NCBI RefSeq assembly: GCF_000283555.1
Contig: NC_016012.1
Location: 1,230,001 to 1,262,000, forward strand
Origin: Candidatus Arthromitus sp. SFB-rat-Yit
GTDB taxonomy: Bacteria; Bacillota; Clostridia; Clostridiales; Clostridiaceae
Length of the DNA stretch: 32,000 bases
Direction: 5' to 3'
The notes under the pieces were generated by a model. The model saw nothing but the letters and a program-made list of their open reading frames with translations, made no database searches and was not told the origin of the DNA. This document shows positions 1 to 9,480 of the stretch, piece by piece (the stretch's first letter is position 1; each line of letters opens with the position of its first letter). Position numbers and translations under genes: made by a program.

Positions 1-86
1 TGTATAAAATCTCCCAATTTATTCTCCTTAAAAATTAATTCTCCTTATATTAATAGGTATTAACCAATTAAAATATACCCATAATA

Positions 87-115
87 AAAGGCATGTACCT
101 ATGGCACACACCTTT
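87..115 (-). terminator. Rho-independent terminator after the 721-aa surface-protein gene
   Basis: Minus-strand RNA reads AAAGGUGUGUGCC-AUA-GGUACAUGCCUUU. This is a 13-bp stem whose 3 G-U pairs work only on the minus strand. It is followed by U-rich UAUUAU and lies 5 nt beyond the TAA stop at 121-123. Confidence 0.5.
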
Positions 116-120
116 ATTAA

Positions 121-2286
121 TTACTCTACTCTTAATCCAAGACTATATAAGAAGTTTCTAGTTTCTGACTCACCAAGCATTCTTTCAGATATAGCCTGCA
201 TAGCCGCAGTTCTATCTCCAACTTGTGCAATTGTTTCTTCTAAAGTCTTAACCCACCAAGCAAGTCCTTCAGAATCTGATGTTCTTCCTGTAACAGATCT
301 ATACATACGCTCTACGTACTTAGTATTATCTAAGTTTTTCTCTTTATATTCTTGTTCGTTAACTATATTAGACGTGAAATAATTAACTGAAAACTCTTGT
401 GAAGAAAGTTTTGATGTCCAATATGCCATTCCATCTGGATCACCATCTCTTAAGAAGAATATATTATAGAAACCTTCAATCCACTCTTTTGCATTTGTAA
501 TTTTCTTAGTTGTAAATGGCTCTATATCCATAGCTAACTCTTGTCCATCTTTAAGCACAACTACTAATTCAAGTCCTTCAGTTAAATTGTTTGGAATTAT
601 TCCATATAACTTAACTAAATTCTCTTTAGTATCATAGAATGAACTTGCAATTGAATCTCCAACAATTGAAACATCTTTTATAATTCCATTTGGATCATTA
701 AATAATATTTCAAATTCCGCTTTAGTTGGAGTAACATTCTTAAGTTCAAATGATTTTAATAAATCTCCTTCTTCTCCAGCTGAAGTACCATTTCCAAGTG
801 TTCTTATCGTCATAGGATTTACAGAAATAACATCATAATTTGTAAACCTTCTGTTTATATCACCATCTCCAGAGTTAAACGTAACAATTAATTCCGTAAA
901 CTTATAATCTGTTCCAGACTTTAACCCTGTTATCAATAAATCTTTATACTCAGAGGCATTTTTTTGAGGATCCTTTAAAGTATTATCAAGTTTAGCATAA
1001 GACTGCATAGATCCAATTTTAGTATCCTCTTTTAAAATCTTACCATCATAAAGATTTCCTTCCGAATCCTTTACTTGTATTCTCTTTATTGTATCCTCAG
1101 GATCATATAAAGCATCATAAAGTACTACTCCATCCTCCAAAGGTCTAACGTTAGCATGATTATATCCTTGTGCTTTATCTTCTTCTGAAAATGGACCAAT
1201 ATAACGGATTATATTATCATCAGTTGATACAATCTCACCTTTATCATCTACATCAACATTAACAAAATAAGAAACTGTAGGTTTAATTGCTAAAGGATCT
1301 AATGGATTTGTATTATCAATATTTATATTCTCTGTTAATAGAGGATCTAAATAAGGAATTATTCCTTTTTTACCTTCTATAGCAGTTTGAGTTGATGTTT
1401 TTTGAACTACACTCTTGTCCACAAGTGTTGGAAAAATCAAAGAACCACCAAAAGATATATTAGTTATCTCAGATCCTGTTGGTAATCCATAAATCTTAAA
1501 ATAAATATTCCCTTCTTTGTCTACAATTTTAGGAGCATTATAAACATTTGTATACTGATTTATCTTACCTGTTGTGGTATCCATAACTAAATCCTCAATT
1601 GATATCTTTTTAGTTTCAGTTTTAGCACCACTTGTATATGTCACATTAAGTGTAAAATCTTTATTCACCAAATTGCCTGACTCATCTTTCATACCAAGTG
1701 AATTTTGTATAATTGTCGCAAGAGTTTCTTGTTGAACTAATTCAATCTGAGAACCCTTTCCACTTGATAAAATATTTAAATTCTTAGTATATTCATTAAC
1801 AGCTGCATCTATATTAGACTTCAAAGCAGCTTCAACATTACCCGAAAACTTAACCTTGATATAAGCATATCCACCTGTTGATTTATCCCTTAAGTACGAT
1901 TTTTGATAACCTTGCATATCTTCTCTTGCTACAACTGAAGTATTTCGAATTACCCCACCTTCAACTCCAGTTATTGTTAAAAACTGCTCTTCTGCATTTA
2001 CTGACGAAGAAGATTTAACAAAATCTTCCGTTCCTTTTAATGGTAAAACTTCGTTCTCATCATACTTACCATTACCATTAAAATCAACTGCACCTGGATT
2101 CGTTCCAGCTGGCAACTCCATGTTTGAAAGGTTAATCGTAAATTGGCTATCCCCTTCAACATATCTACTTTGCTGTGCTGGTACAGCCCAAGCAAATTTC
2201 GAACCGATATGAGTCATCACACCTGAAGCAACAGATAAAGATAAAAATATCCCGATTAATTTCTTCATAAATTTTTTACTAAACAT
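121..2286 (-). CDS. Secreted surface protein: signal peptide, FN3/Ig-like modules, tandem C-terminal DUF4214-type repeats
   Basis: 721-aa ORF with RBS GGAGGAAG 5 nt upstream of the ATG. N-terminal signal peptide is MFSKKFMKKLIGIFLSLSVASGVMTHIGSKFAWA. The C-terminus carries two repeats, FYNIFFLRDGDPDGMAYWTSKL and YVERMYRSVTGRTSDSEGLAWWVKTL, matching the DUF4214 pattern (hydrophobic-x-x-x-Y...R-x-x-D-x-x-G-x-x-[YW]-W). It is collinear with the 974-aa ORF, e.g. GNIYFKIYGLPTGSEITNISF versus GLIYVTLRGLPTDIKITNIEL. Confidence 0.8.
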   Translation of the reverse strand: MFSKKFMKKLIGIFLSLSVASGVMTHIGSKFAWAVPAQQSRYVEGDSQFTINLSNMELPAGTNPGAVDFNGNGKYDENEVLPLKGTEDFVKSSSSVNAEEQFLTITGVEGGVIRNTSVVAREDMQGYQKSYLRDKSTGGYAYIKVKFSGNVEAALKSNIDAAVNEYTKNLNILSSGKGSQIELVQQETLATIIQNSLGMKDESGNLVNKDFTLNVTYTSGAKTETKKISIEDLVMDTTTGKINQYTNVYNAPKIVDKEGNIYFKIYGLPTGSEITNISFGGSLIFPTLVDKSVVQKTSTQTAIEGKKGIIPYLDPLLTENINIDNTNPLDPLAIKPTVSYFVNVDVDDKGEIVSTDDNIIRYIGPFSEEDKAQGYNHANVRPLEDGVVLYDALYDPEDTIKRIQVKDSEGNLYDGKILKEDTKIGSMQSYAKLDNTLKDPQKNASEYKDLLITGLKSGTDYKFTELIVTFNSGDGDINRRFTNYDVISVNPMTIRTLGNGTSAGEEGDLLKSFELKNVTPTKAEFEILFNDPNGIIKDVSIVGDSIASSFYDTKENLVKLYGIIPNNLTEGLELVVVLKDGQELAMDIEPFTTKKITNAKEWIEGFYNIFFLRDGDPDGMAYWTSKLSSQEFSVNYFTSNIVNEQEYKEKNLDNTKYVERMYRSVTGRTSDSEGLAWWVKTLEETIAQVGDRTAAMQAISERMLGESETRNFLYSLGLRVE

Positions 2287-2296
2287 TTCTTCCTCC

Positions 2297-2332
2297 TTGA
2301 AAGAATTAAATTTTTAAGATTAATCTTTCAAA
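2297..2332 (-). promoter_or_regulatory. Inverted repeat in the 5' leader of the 721-aa gene, abutting its Shine-Dalgarno
   Basis: TTGAAAGA (2297-2304) and TCTTTCAA (2325-2332) are perfect 8-bp arms separated by 20 nt. On the mRNA the 3' arm runs directly into GGAGGA. Confidence 0.3.
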
Positions 2333-2432
2333 CCGATAAATTTATAAATCTAAATTCATGTTATGTTCACATAATCGGAATATTTTTATTTTTATTTACT
2401 ATGTATAGTTATTTTTATTTAATTTTTTATGT

Positions 2433-3557
2433 TCAGTTATTCGAAATCAATTTCATATACTCTTTACTCGATTCCATATTTAAAAACTTATCCAAAAGTT
2501 CAATTTTACTCTCATCAACAGTCTCCTTATTAGAAAATTTTTCATTAAACTCTTCCAAAGTGATTATTGACACTCTTCCATTTATTATTTTTTTATTAGC
2601 TAAAAAATAAATACTATCAACTATCTCTTTATTAGTTGTATTTATTAAATCAAATTCATCACTCAAAATAATTTCACTCAATATACTCTTTATATCAACT
2701 ACATTATTTAAAACATTATATAAATTTTGAGAATACTCTTTTTCAGTTGGATATCTCTTTAAAACTTGAGAATAAATTTTAACAAAATAATTTTCAAGTT
2801 CTGAACCATAGTCCATTAAAAGTTTTGAAATTATAAACTTTATTTTATTTTGATCCTTATCGTAAGAAACTATTTCCACATTCAAATACTGCTTTCCTGG
2901 AATCAAATTGCCAATTATTAATTTGTTGTTATTCTTATCATAATTTACACTTAAACCCGAAACTTTATTTCCATTAAAATCAGCTGTAATTGTAAATTTT
3001 GAATTTGGATCTATGTTAATATTTTCCGGAATATCAACCGAACTAGTTACTCCCTTTGTTGTGTAACCATTAAGTGCAAAAACATTTTCAAAATTTTGAT
3101 ATAACTCATCTTCTATATTAATCATTAAAATATCACTCATATAAATTTTATCTCCTTTTTTAAGTGACATCTTCAAATACAAATTTACATTCTTATCCAA
3201 GAAATCCAGATTTTTGTATAAATCCTTATCAAAATTTTCATCAATTTTAATATTAAATCTCTCTATGTAACTATCTTCTGTATTAATATCTTTAGTATGA
3301 ATGGAAAAAATATAATCTTTTAAATTTTTAGAATTAATTTCATTCAAATTATACATAATGTAATTAATTAAATCATTTTTAGTTAGTTTATTAGTATTGA
3401 TAGGTGATAAAAATAGCTTATCATCTTTTATACCAATAAATTCTTTACCCAAAATTTTTGTATCTACAGTTTTTAATATGAAATCTAAATTTATAGTTAC
3501 AAGAAGTATACAAATAAAAACAACTATACCAATAAAATTACGTAATTTATAATTCAA
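2433..3557 (-). CDS. N-terminally membrane-anchored protein with one FN3-like module and a degenerate DUF4214-like tail
   Basis: 374-aa ORF with a TTG start 7 nt after AGGAGGTG. Single N-terminal hydrophobic helix FIGIVVFICILLVTINLDFIL. The module LIIGNLIPGKQYLNVEIVSYDKDQNKIKFII resembles modules in the 721- and 974-aa proteins. The tail YFVKIYSQVLKRYPTEKEY...ILSDEF is DUF4214-like. Confidence 0.7.
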   Translation of the reverse strand: MNYKLRNFIGIVVFICILLVTINLDFILKTVDTKILGKEFIGIKDDKLFLSPINTNKLTKNDLINYIMYNLNEINSKNLKDYIFSIHTKDINTEDSYIERFNIKIDENFDKDLYKNLDFLDKNVNLYLKMSLKKGDKIYMSDILMINIEDELYQNFENVFALNGYTTKGVTSSVDIPENINIDPNSKFTITADFNGNKVSGLSVNYDKNNNKLIIGNLIPGKQYLNVEIVSYDKDQNKIKFIISKLLMDYGSELENYFVKIYSQVLKRYPTEKEYSQNLYNVLNNVVDIKSILSEIILSDEFDLINTTNKEIVDSIYFLANKKIINGRVSIITLEEFNEKFSNKETVDESKIELLDKFLNMESSKEYMKLISNN

Positions 3558-3623
3558 TTACTTACACCTCCTACATATTTTTAAAAAACAAAGGTATAGT
3601 TTTTCACACAAAAAACTTATATT

Positions 3624-4616
3624 TTAATTTTCTATATATTTATCCTTAAGTACCAAATCCACCCAGTTCAAATTACTCAAATACCAATTTATAGTATTTC
3701 TAATTCCTACTTCAAAATCAGTTATACACTTAAATCCAAGCTCATTATATATTTTACTACTATCAACTGAATATTTTAAATCATGCCCTAATCTATCATC
3801 TACATAAGTTATAAGAGAATAATCTTTATTTAACAATCTAAGTATTTTCTTTATCAAACTCAAATTATCAATTTCATATCCAGAGGATATATTATATATT
3901 TCTCCTTTTTTGCCTTCTTTTATAATCTTATCAATAGCCATAGAATGATCATGAACATACACCCAATCACGTATATTTTTCCCATCGCCATATACAGGTA
4001 TCTTATTACCCTTGAGTGCATTTACAATAACAACAGGTATTAACTTTTCTGGAAATTGATATGATCCATAATTATTTGTACATCTAGATATTGTTACATT
4101 AAGTTTAAACATCTTAAAATAACTCATAACTAACATATCCGCTGATGCCTTTGAAACTGAATAAGGTGAAGATGGTCTTAATATATCTCCTTCTTCAAAA
4201 CTTTTATCATCCTCTAATTTCAAATCACCATATACTTCATCAGTTGAAATTTGATGATATCTATTAACACCATACTTCAAACACATATCCATCAAATTCT
4301 TAGTTCCTATAATGTTAGTTTCTAAAAATACTTGTCCATTATATATTGATTTATCTACATGAGATTCTGCAGCAAAATTTACTACAATATCGAAATCTTC
4401 ATTTTGAAAAACTTTATCCAAAAAATTATTATCTAAAATATTCCCTCTATAAAATTTAAAATTTATATTTTGTCTAACAAGCTCTAAGTTTTCAAGATTC
4501 CCCGCATATGTCAATGCATCTATACAAGTAACATATATATCCCTATATTTGTTAATCATATAGTGAATAAAATTGCTTCCTATAAACCCTGCTCCACCTA
4601 CTACACAAATTTTCAT
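3624..4616 (-). CDS. rfbB: dTDP-glucose 4,6-dehydratase
   Basis: 330 aa. Rossmann motif VVGGAGFIGSNF, the STDEVYG motif, catalytic YxxxK in PYSVSKASAD, and NIRDWVYVHDH. Collinear with RmlB proteins as I remember them. No rmlA, rmlC or rmlD lies adjacent. Confidence 0.85.
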   Translation of the reverse strand: MKICVVGGAGFIGSNFIHYMINKYRDIYVTCIDALTYAGNLENLELVRQNINFKFYRGNILDNNFLDKVFQNEDFDIVVNFAAESHVDKSIYNGQVFLETNIIGTKNLMDMCLKYGVNRYHQISTDEVYGDLKLEDDKSFEEGDILRPSSPYSVSKASADMLVMSYFKMFKLNVTISRCTNNYGSYQFPEKLIPVVIVNALKGNKIPVYGDGKNIRDWVYVHDHSMAIDKIIKEGKKGEIYNISSGYEIDNLSLIKKILRLLNKDYSLITYVDDRLGHDLKYSVDSSKIYNELGFKCITDFEVGIRNTINWYLSNLNWVDLVLKDKYIEN

Positions 4617-4857
4617 AAACCCCTCCTACTTAAAAATTAGATATAAAAATTTATCTAATCTCTATAACGTTATAAGTCTACTATAATTTTTACTTTTCTT
4701 CTACTTTAATAAAAATAATTTCCTTGAATTAATTTTAAATACTAATATAATAATTCTTAATAATCTTCATAAAAATAATACTTGTCTATTTACAATATTA
4801 TATTAAAAATATTTAACTGTGAAGATTATTTAGTTTTATATAAAGGTGAATTTAAAA

Positions 4858-6597
4858 ATGGATAAAAAAATATATATCGAAAATATTCAAGCATCCATAA
4901 AAAAAATTGCTTGCGATTTAGTAATAAAAAATATAACAATTGTAGATGTATTTCAAAATTCTTCGTTCGTATCAGATGTTGCTATTCATAATGGTTATAT
5001 AGTTGGTCTTGGGGATTACTCTGGAAAAAACGAAATAGATGGAAGCAAAAAATATATTTGCCCTGGTCTAATAGATGCTCATGCCCATATAGAATCATCT
5101 CTTTTAACTCCAAAAGAATACTACAAAACTGCTCTCATACATGGAATAACTTCTGTAATTATAGATCCTCATGAAATTGCAAATGTTCTCGGACGCGATG
5201 GGATTAATTTAATGATGGATCTTTCACGCGATATACCATTTGACTTTTACTTTATGCTACCTTCATGTGTACCTGCAACAGAATTTGAAAACTCTGGTGC
5301 AGTGTTAAATAGTTCTGATCTTTATCCATTTTATAAAAATGATAAGGTTCTTGGATTAGCCGAAGTTATGGATCTAAAAGCTGTCCTTGAATGCGATAAA
5401 AACATGATAGATAAAATTTATGATGCTTATATAAATGATAAAGTCATAGATGGTCATTGTGCTGGATTCTCAATTGATCATATAAATGCATATACAACTG
5501 CTTATATAAAAACAGATCACGAATGTCATACCCATAAAGAATTAATTGAGAGAATTCGTCGTGGAATGTATGTTCATATAAGAGAAAGAACTGTAGCTAA
5601 AAATTTAAAAGAACTTATACAAGGAGTATCAATACACAATAGTAGAAAATTATGTTTATGTACAGATGATAAACACATAGATGATTTTGTGAAAGATGGA
5701 TCCATAGATAATTCAATAAAAATGTGTATTAAAAGCGGACTAAGCCCAGAAACTTCGATTCAAATGGCTACTATAAATACAGCTGAATGCTATAAATTAA
5801 ACAAAAAAGGTGCTATTGCACCTGGTTATATTGCAGACTTTTTAATACTCGATTCATTACACGATTTTAAAATTTCATCAGTATACAAAAATGGAAATTT
5901 AGTTGTTGAAAATAACAAGCTAGTAAACAAAGACATATCCAACATAAAAATATCTTTAAAAACTCAAATAAATATACCAAACCTCACAGAGGATCATTTT
6001 AAGATATCCATCAAAAACAAATCACTTTTAAATGTTATAGAAATAATACCTAATAATTTAAATACTAATCATCTTAAACTAAATATATCTTCCCTCAATT
6101 TAAATCACAGTGAATATTTTAATGCCTGCACTAAAAATGATTTATTAAAAATTGGTGTTATAGAAAGACATAATAACACTGGAAACATTGGACTTGGAAT
6201 TGTAAAAGGGCTTATGTTAAAATCTGGAGCAATAGCTACAACAATTGCTCATGATTCTCATAACTTAATTGTTTGTGGTACAAACGATAAAGATATGATA
6301 CTTGCATGTAATCACATAAAAAAAATTGCTGGTGGAATTGTAATTATAGATAAAGGAGAGGTTCTCTATTCCCTAAGCTTAGAAATCGGAGGACTTATAA
6401 CAAATAGAAAGACTCAAGATGTTATAAAAGACTTAGAAATTTTACACAGCAAAATTAACATACTCTCACCAAATTTGACCTTCAATCCATTTTTAACATT
6501 ATCCTTCTTATCTCTTCCAGTAATACCTGATATAAAAATTACTGACAAAGGTCTATTTGACACTATTAATTTTAAATTTATAAACGTATGTGAATAA
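4858..6597 (+). CDS. ade: Adenine deaminase
   Basis: Amidohydrolase HxH motif in GLIDAHAHIESS and the later IAHDSHNLIV motif. Length is ~580 aa. I prefer the ATG at 4858 (AAAGGTG about 10 nt upstream) over the GTG at 4846 used by the ORF track. Confidence 0.85.
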   Translation: MDKKIYIENIQASIKKIACDLVIKNITIVDVFQNSSFVSDVAIHNGYIVGLGDYSGKNEIDGSKKYICPGLIDAHAHIESSLLTPKEYYKTALIHGITSVIIDPHEIANVLGRDGINLMMDLSRDIPFDFYFMLPSCVPATEFENSGAVLNSSDLYPFYKNDKVLGLAEVMDLKAVLECDKNMIDKIYDAYINDKVIDGHCAGFSIDHINAYTTAYIKTDHECHTHKELIERIRRGMYVHIRERTVAKNLKELIQGVSIHNSRKLCLCTDDKHIDDFVKDGSIDNSIKMCIKSGLSPETSIQMATINTAECYKLNKKGAIAPGYIADFLILDSLHDFKISSVYKNGNLVVENNKLVNKDISNIKISLKTQINIPNLTEDHFKISIKNKSLLNVIEIIPNNLNTNHLKLNISSLNLNHSEYFNACTKNDLLKIGVIERHNNTGNIGLGIVKGLMLKSGAIATTIAHDSHNLIVCGTNDKDMILACNHIKKIAGGIVIIDKGEVLYSLSLEIGGLITNRKTQDVIKDLEILHSKINILSPNLTFNPFLTLSFLSLPVIPDIKITDKGLFDTINFKFINVCE

Positions 6598-6603
6598 AAT
6601 ACA

Positions 6604-6633
6604 TTGATTTATAATCGCAATTAAGTATATAAT
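6604..6633 (+). promoter_or_regulatory. Sigma-A type promoter for the codBA leader
   Basis: TTGATT (6604-6609), an 18-nt spacer, then TATAAT (6628-6633). Confidence 0.5.
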
Positions 6634-6649
6634 ATCTTTCAAGAAAACT

Positions 6650-6756
6650 AGTCCTTTAATTTTAGTCCAGAGAGACTAACAAGGCCTTATACGAATGTGT
6701 TTTTACATAATTAAAAATAATTCATTTTATAACGGCCTTTTGGCCGTTATTTTTTA
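6650..6756 (+). promoter_or_regulatory. PyrR-type transcription attenuator (binding loop, antiterminator, terminator)
   Basis: A hairpin UUAGUC-CAGAGA-GACUAA (6662-6679) contains AGUCCAGAGAGACU, matching the conserved PyrR-site core UCCAGAGAGG at all but its last base. A lower stem forms between CCUU (6653-6656) and AAGG (6681-6684). GGCCUUAU (6683-6690) can pair with AUAA(C)GGCC (6729-6737), which is the 5' arm of the terminator AUAACGGCC-UUUU-GGCCGUUAU-UUUUU (6729-6755). Confidence 0.7.
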
Positions 6757-6797
6757 TGCTAGTTTGATAAAAATTTAATACGATTGGAGATGGCTAA

Positions 6798-8039
6798 ATG
6801 GATAAAAATAAAATTTCAGATATGGATTATTCTTTATCTTCCGTAGATTCTAAAGACAGAAAAGGGTTCTTTTCAATATTTGTTATAATGCTAGGATTCA
6901 CATTTTTCTCTGCAAGTATGCTAACAGGTGCAACCATTGGAGTTTCTCTAAATTTAAATGACTTCCTAAAATCTATATTAATTGGAAACTTAATTCTCTC
7001 TATATACACAGGACTATTATCATACATAGGATCTGATACTGGATTATCGCTACACCTATTAACTAAATATTCATTTGGATTAAAGGGATCTTATCTCCCA
7101 TCATTCATTACAAGCATAACTCAAATAGGATGGTTTGGTGTAGGTATTTCAATGTTTGCAATACCCATATCAAATAGATTCAATATAAACCTTTATGTTC
7201 TTGTTCTAATAACAGGAATCTTAATGACTAGTACCGCTTACTTTGGAATGAAATCACTTACTATATTAAGTGCAATAGCTGTACCTGCTATTGCAATACT
7301 CGGTGGTCTATCACTACTTATAGCAATTCAATCAATTGGTGGATTCGGCGAACTATATAGTATAACTCCAACAAATCCGATGAATTTAATAACTGCAATA
7401 ACTTTATGTATTGGATCTTTTATAAGTGGAGGTACTGTTACTCCAGACTTTACTAGATTTTCAAAAACAAAGAAAATCGCGGTATCAACAACAGTAATAG
7501 CTTTCTTTATTGGTAACTCCTTAATGTTCTTATTTGGTGCAGTTGGTGCAATGGTTACCGGAAATTCTGATATAGCTGATGTAATGTTCTCTCAAGGCCT
7601 TATTATACCAGCTATAATTGTACTTGGACTTAATATATGGACAACAAATGATAATGCGATATATACAGCAGGTCTTGGACTCTCTAATATAACAAAAGTT
7701 AAAAAAAACAAATTAGTATTGATAAGTGGTTTAATTGGAACTCTCGGCTCTATATGGATTAATAATAATTTTACATCTTTCCTAACTTTATTAAATTCAA
7801 TGCTACCTCCAATCGGAGGTGTTGTCATCGCAGATTACTTTTTCATAAAGAAACTCAAATACGATAAAATAGAAATTGCAAAATTCAAAGAGGTTAATCC
7901 AATAGCTATAATATCATTTATTATTGGATTTTTAGTTGCAAATTTTATATCATTTGGTATACCTGCCATAAATGCTATTATTTCAACAATAATTATTTAT
8001 ATTATTGGAATGAAAATTTTTAAAAATAAGGATGTGTAA
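6798..8039 (+). CDS. codB: Cytosine/purine permease (NCS1 family)
   Basis: 413-aa polytopic membrane protein (about 12 hydrophobic segments) with RBS GGAGA 7 nt upstream. It lies immediately upstream of cytosine deaminase, separated by 2 nt. Confidence 0.75.
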   Translation: MDKNKISDMDYSLSSVDSKDRKGFFSIFVIMLGFTFFSASMLTGATIGVSLNLNDFLKSILIGNLILSIYTGLLSYIGSDTGLSLHLLTKYSFGLKGSYLPSFITSITQIGWFGVGISMFAIPISNRFNINLYVLVLITGILMTSTAYFGMKSLTILSAIAVPAIAILGGLSLLIAIQSIGGFGELYSITPTNPMNLITAITLCIGSFISGGTVTPDFTRFSKTKKIAVSTTVIAFFIGNSLMFLFGAVGAMVTGNSDIADVMFSQGLIIPAIIVLGLNIWTTNDNAIYTAGLGLSNITKVKKNKLVLISGLIGTLGSIWINNNFTSFLTLLNSMLPPIGGVVIADYFFIKKLKYDKIEIAKFKEVNPIAIISFIIGFLVANFISFGIPAINAIISTIIIYIIGMKIFKNKDV

Positions 8040-8041
8040 TA

Positions 8042-9310
8042 TTGTTAATTAAAAATTTGAAACTCAAAGGAAAAAAAGGAATTTATGATATAAGAATTAA
8101 GGATGGTATATTCCATGAAATCTCAAATAATTTAATTCCCCTTAAAAATGAAGATGTAATAGAAGGAAACTTCAATTTAGCACACCCCCCTTTCATAGAA
8201 CCACATATCCATTTAGATACTGTACTTACAGCTGGTGAACCTAAATGGAATAAAAGCGGCACACTCTTTGAAGGAATACAAGTATGGAATGAGAGGAAAA
8301 ATTTCTTAACACATGACGATATTAAAAGTCGTGCAAAGAAAGCTATTAAATGGCAAATAGCAAATGGTATACAATTTGTTAGAACTCATGTTGATACTAC
8401 AGATAAGAATTTAACTGCAATCAAAGCAATGATTGAACTAAGAGAAGAACTTAAAGACTCTATAGAAATACAAATTGTCGCATTCCCTCAAGAAGGAATT
8501 CTATCCTACCCTAATGGAATTGAATTATTAGAGGAGTCTATAAAACTTGGTGCTGATGTTTTAGGTGGAATTCCACATTTTGAATTTACTCGAGAATACG
8601 GAGTTCAATCTATAGATTTAATTTTTTCATTAGCTGAAAAATATAACAAACCTATAGATGTACATTGTGATGAAATCGATGATGAGCAATCAAGATTTTT
8701 GGAAGTTCTAGCAACTCGTGCATATGAAACTGGATTAAAAAATAAAGTTACTGCAAGTCACACAACTGCAATGGGTTCATATAATGATGCCTACACATAT
8801 AAATTATTTAGAATTCTCAAGATGAGTGAAATCAATTTTATATGTAATCCTCTTGTAAATATACATCTTCAAGGTAGATTCGATAGTTATCCAAAGAGAA
8901 GAGGAGTTACTCGAGTAAAGGAATTGAATGAATCTTCGATAAATGTTTGCTTTGGTCACGATGATATTTTCGATCCATGGTATCCCCTTGGATGTGGAAA
9001 TATGCTAGACGTTCTCCACATGGGATTGCACATTTGCCAAATGATGGGGTATGATGATATAAACGATTCACTTAAATTCATATCATATAACAGTTCTAAA
9101 ACTCTAAACATACAAGATAATTACGGAATAGAAGAAGGAAAACCCGGAAATTTAATAATACTTAATGGTACTAATGACTACGACATCATTCAAAGGAAAA
9201 GCTCAATAATATACTCAATACGAAATGGAAAAATAATTTCAAATACCACTCCTTCAAAAACATTTATTAATATAGATAATAAATCAGAAGAAATAAACTT
9301 TAAAAAATAA
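8042..9310 (+). CDS. codA: Cytosine deaminase
   Basis: 422 aa. [12 protein letters not shown] matches the CodA metal-binding HxH region. Also present are VHCDE and GHDD motifs typical of the amidohydrolase fold. TTG start with AAGGATG upstream. Confidence 0.85.
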   Translation: MLIKNLKLKGKKGIYDIRIKDGIFHEISNNLIPLKNEDVIEGNFNLAHPPFIEPHIHLDTVLTAGEPKWNKSGTLFEGIQVWNERKNFLTHDDIKSRAKKAIKWQIANGIQFVRTHVDTTDKNLTAIKAMIELREELKDSIEIQIVAFPQEGILSYPNGIELLEESIKLGADVLGGIPHFEFTREYGVQSIDLIFSLAEKYNKPIDVHCDEIDDEQSRFLEVLATRAYETGLKNKVTASHTTAMGSYNDAYTYKLFRILKMSEINFICNPLVNIHLQGRFDSYPKRRGVTRVKELNESSINVCFGHDDIFDPWYPLGCGNMLDVLHMGLHICQMMGYDDINDSLKFISYNSSKTLNIQDNYGIEEGKPGNLIILNGTNDYDIIQRKSSIIYSIRNGKIISNTTPSKTFINIDNKSEEINFKK

Positions 9311-9342
9311 GAGATGCAAATACATGCATCTCTTTTATTTTT
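9310..9342 (+). terminator. Rho-independent terminator of codBA
   Basis: AGAGATGCA (9310-9318) pairs with TGCATCTCT (9325-9333) and is followed by TTTATTTTT. Confidence 0.75.
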
Positions 9343-9381
9343 GTCTGCATATTAAAAACTCTAAGCTCATTCTCAATCTAA

Positions 9382-9410
9382 TTGTAAACATTATCCTTTA
9401 ATGATATAAT
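9382..9410 (+). promoter_or_regulatory. Sigma-A type promoter of the glycosyltransferase gene
   Basis: TTGTAA (9382-9387), a 17-nt spacer, then TATAAT (9405-9410). Confidence 0.5.
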
Positions 9411-9480
9411 CTTATATCATTGGAAATAAATATAATAATAACTTTTTATAATAAAAATTTGATTTGAAAGGTGGTTAACT

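Noticed and set aside
6620-6692. Possible purine riboswitch upstream of codB, suggested by GTATAA...TTATAC looking like a P1 helix around a structured core next to purine/pyrimidine salvage genes.
   Set aside because: The 5' half of that helix overlaps the -10 box, so it would not be transcribed. The conserved purine-riboswitch loop and junction sequences are absent. The UCCAGAGAG core and the terminator/antiterminator layout fit a PyrR attenuator much better.
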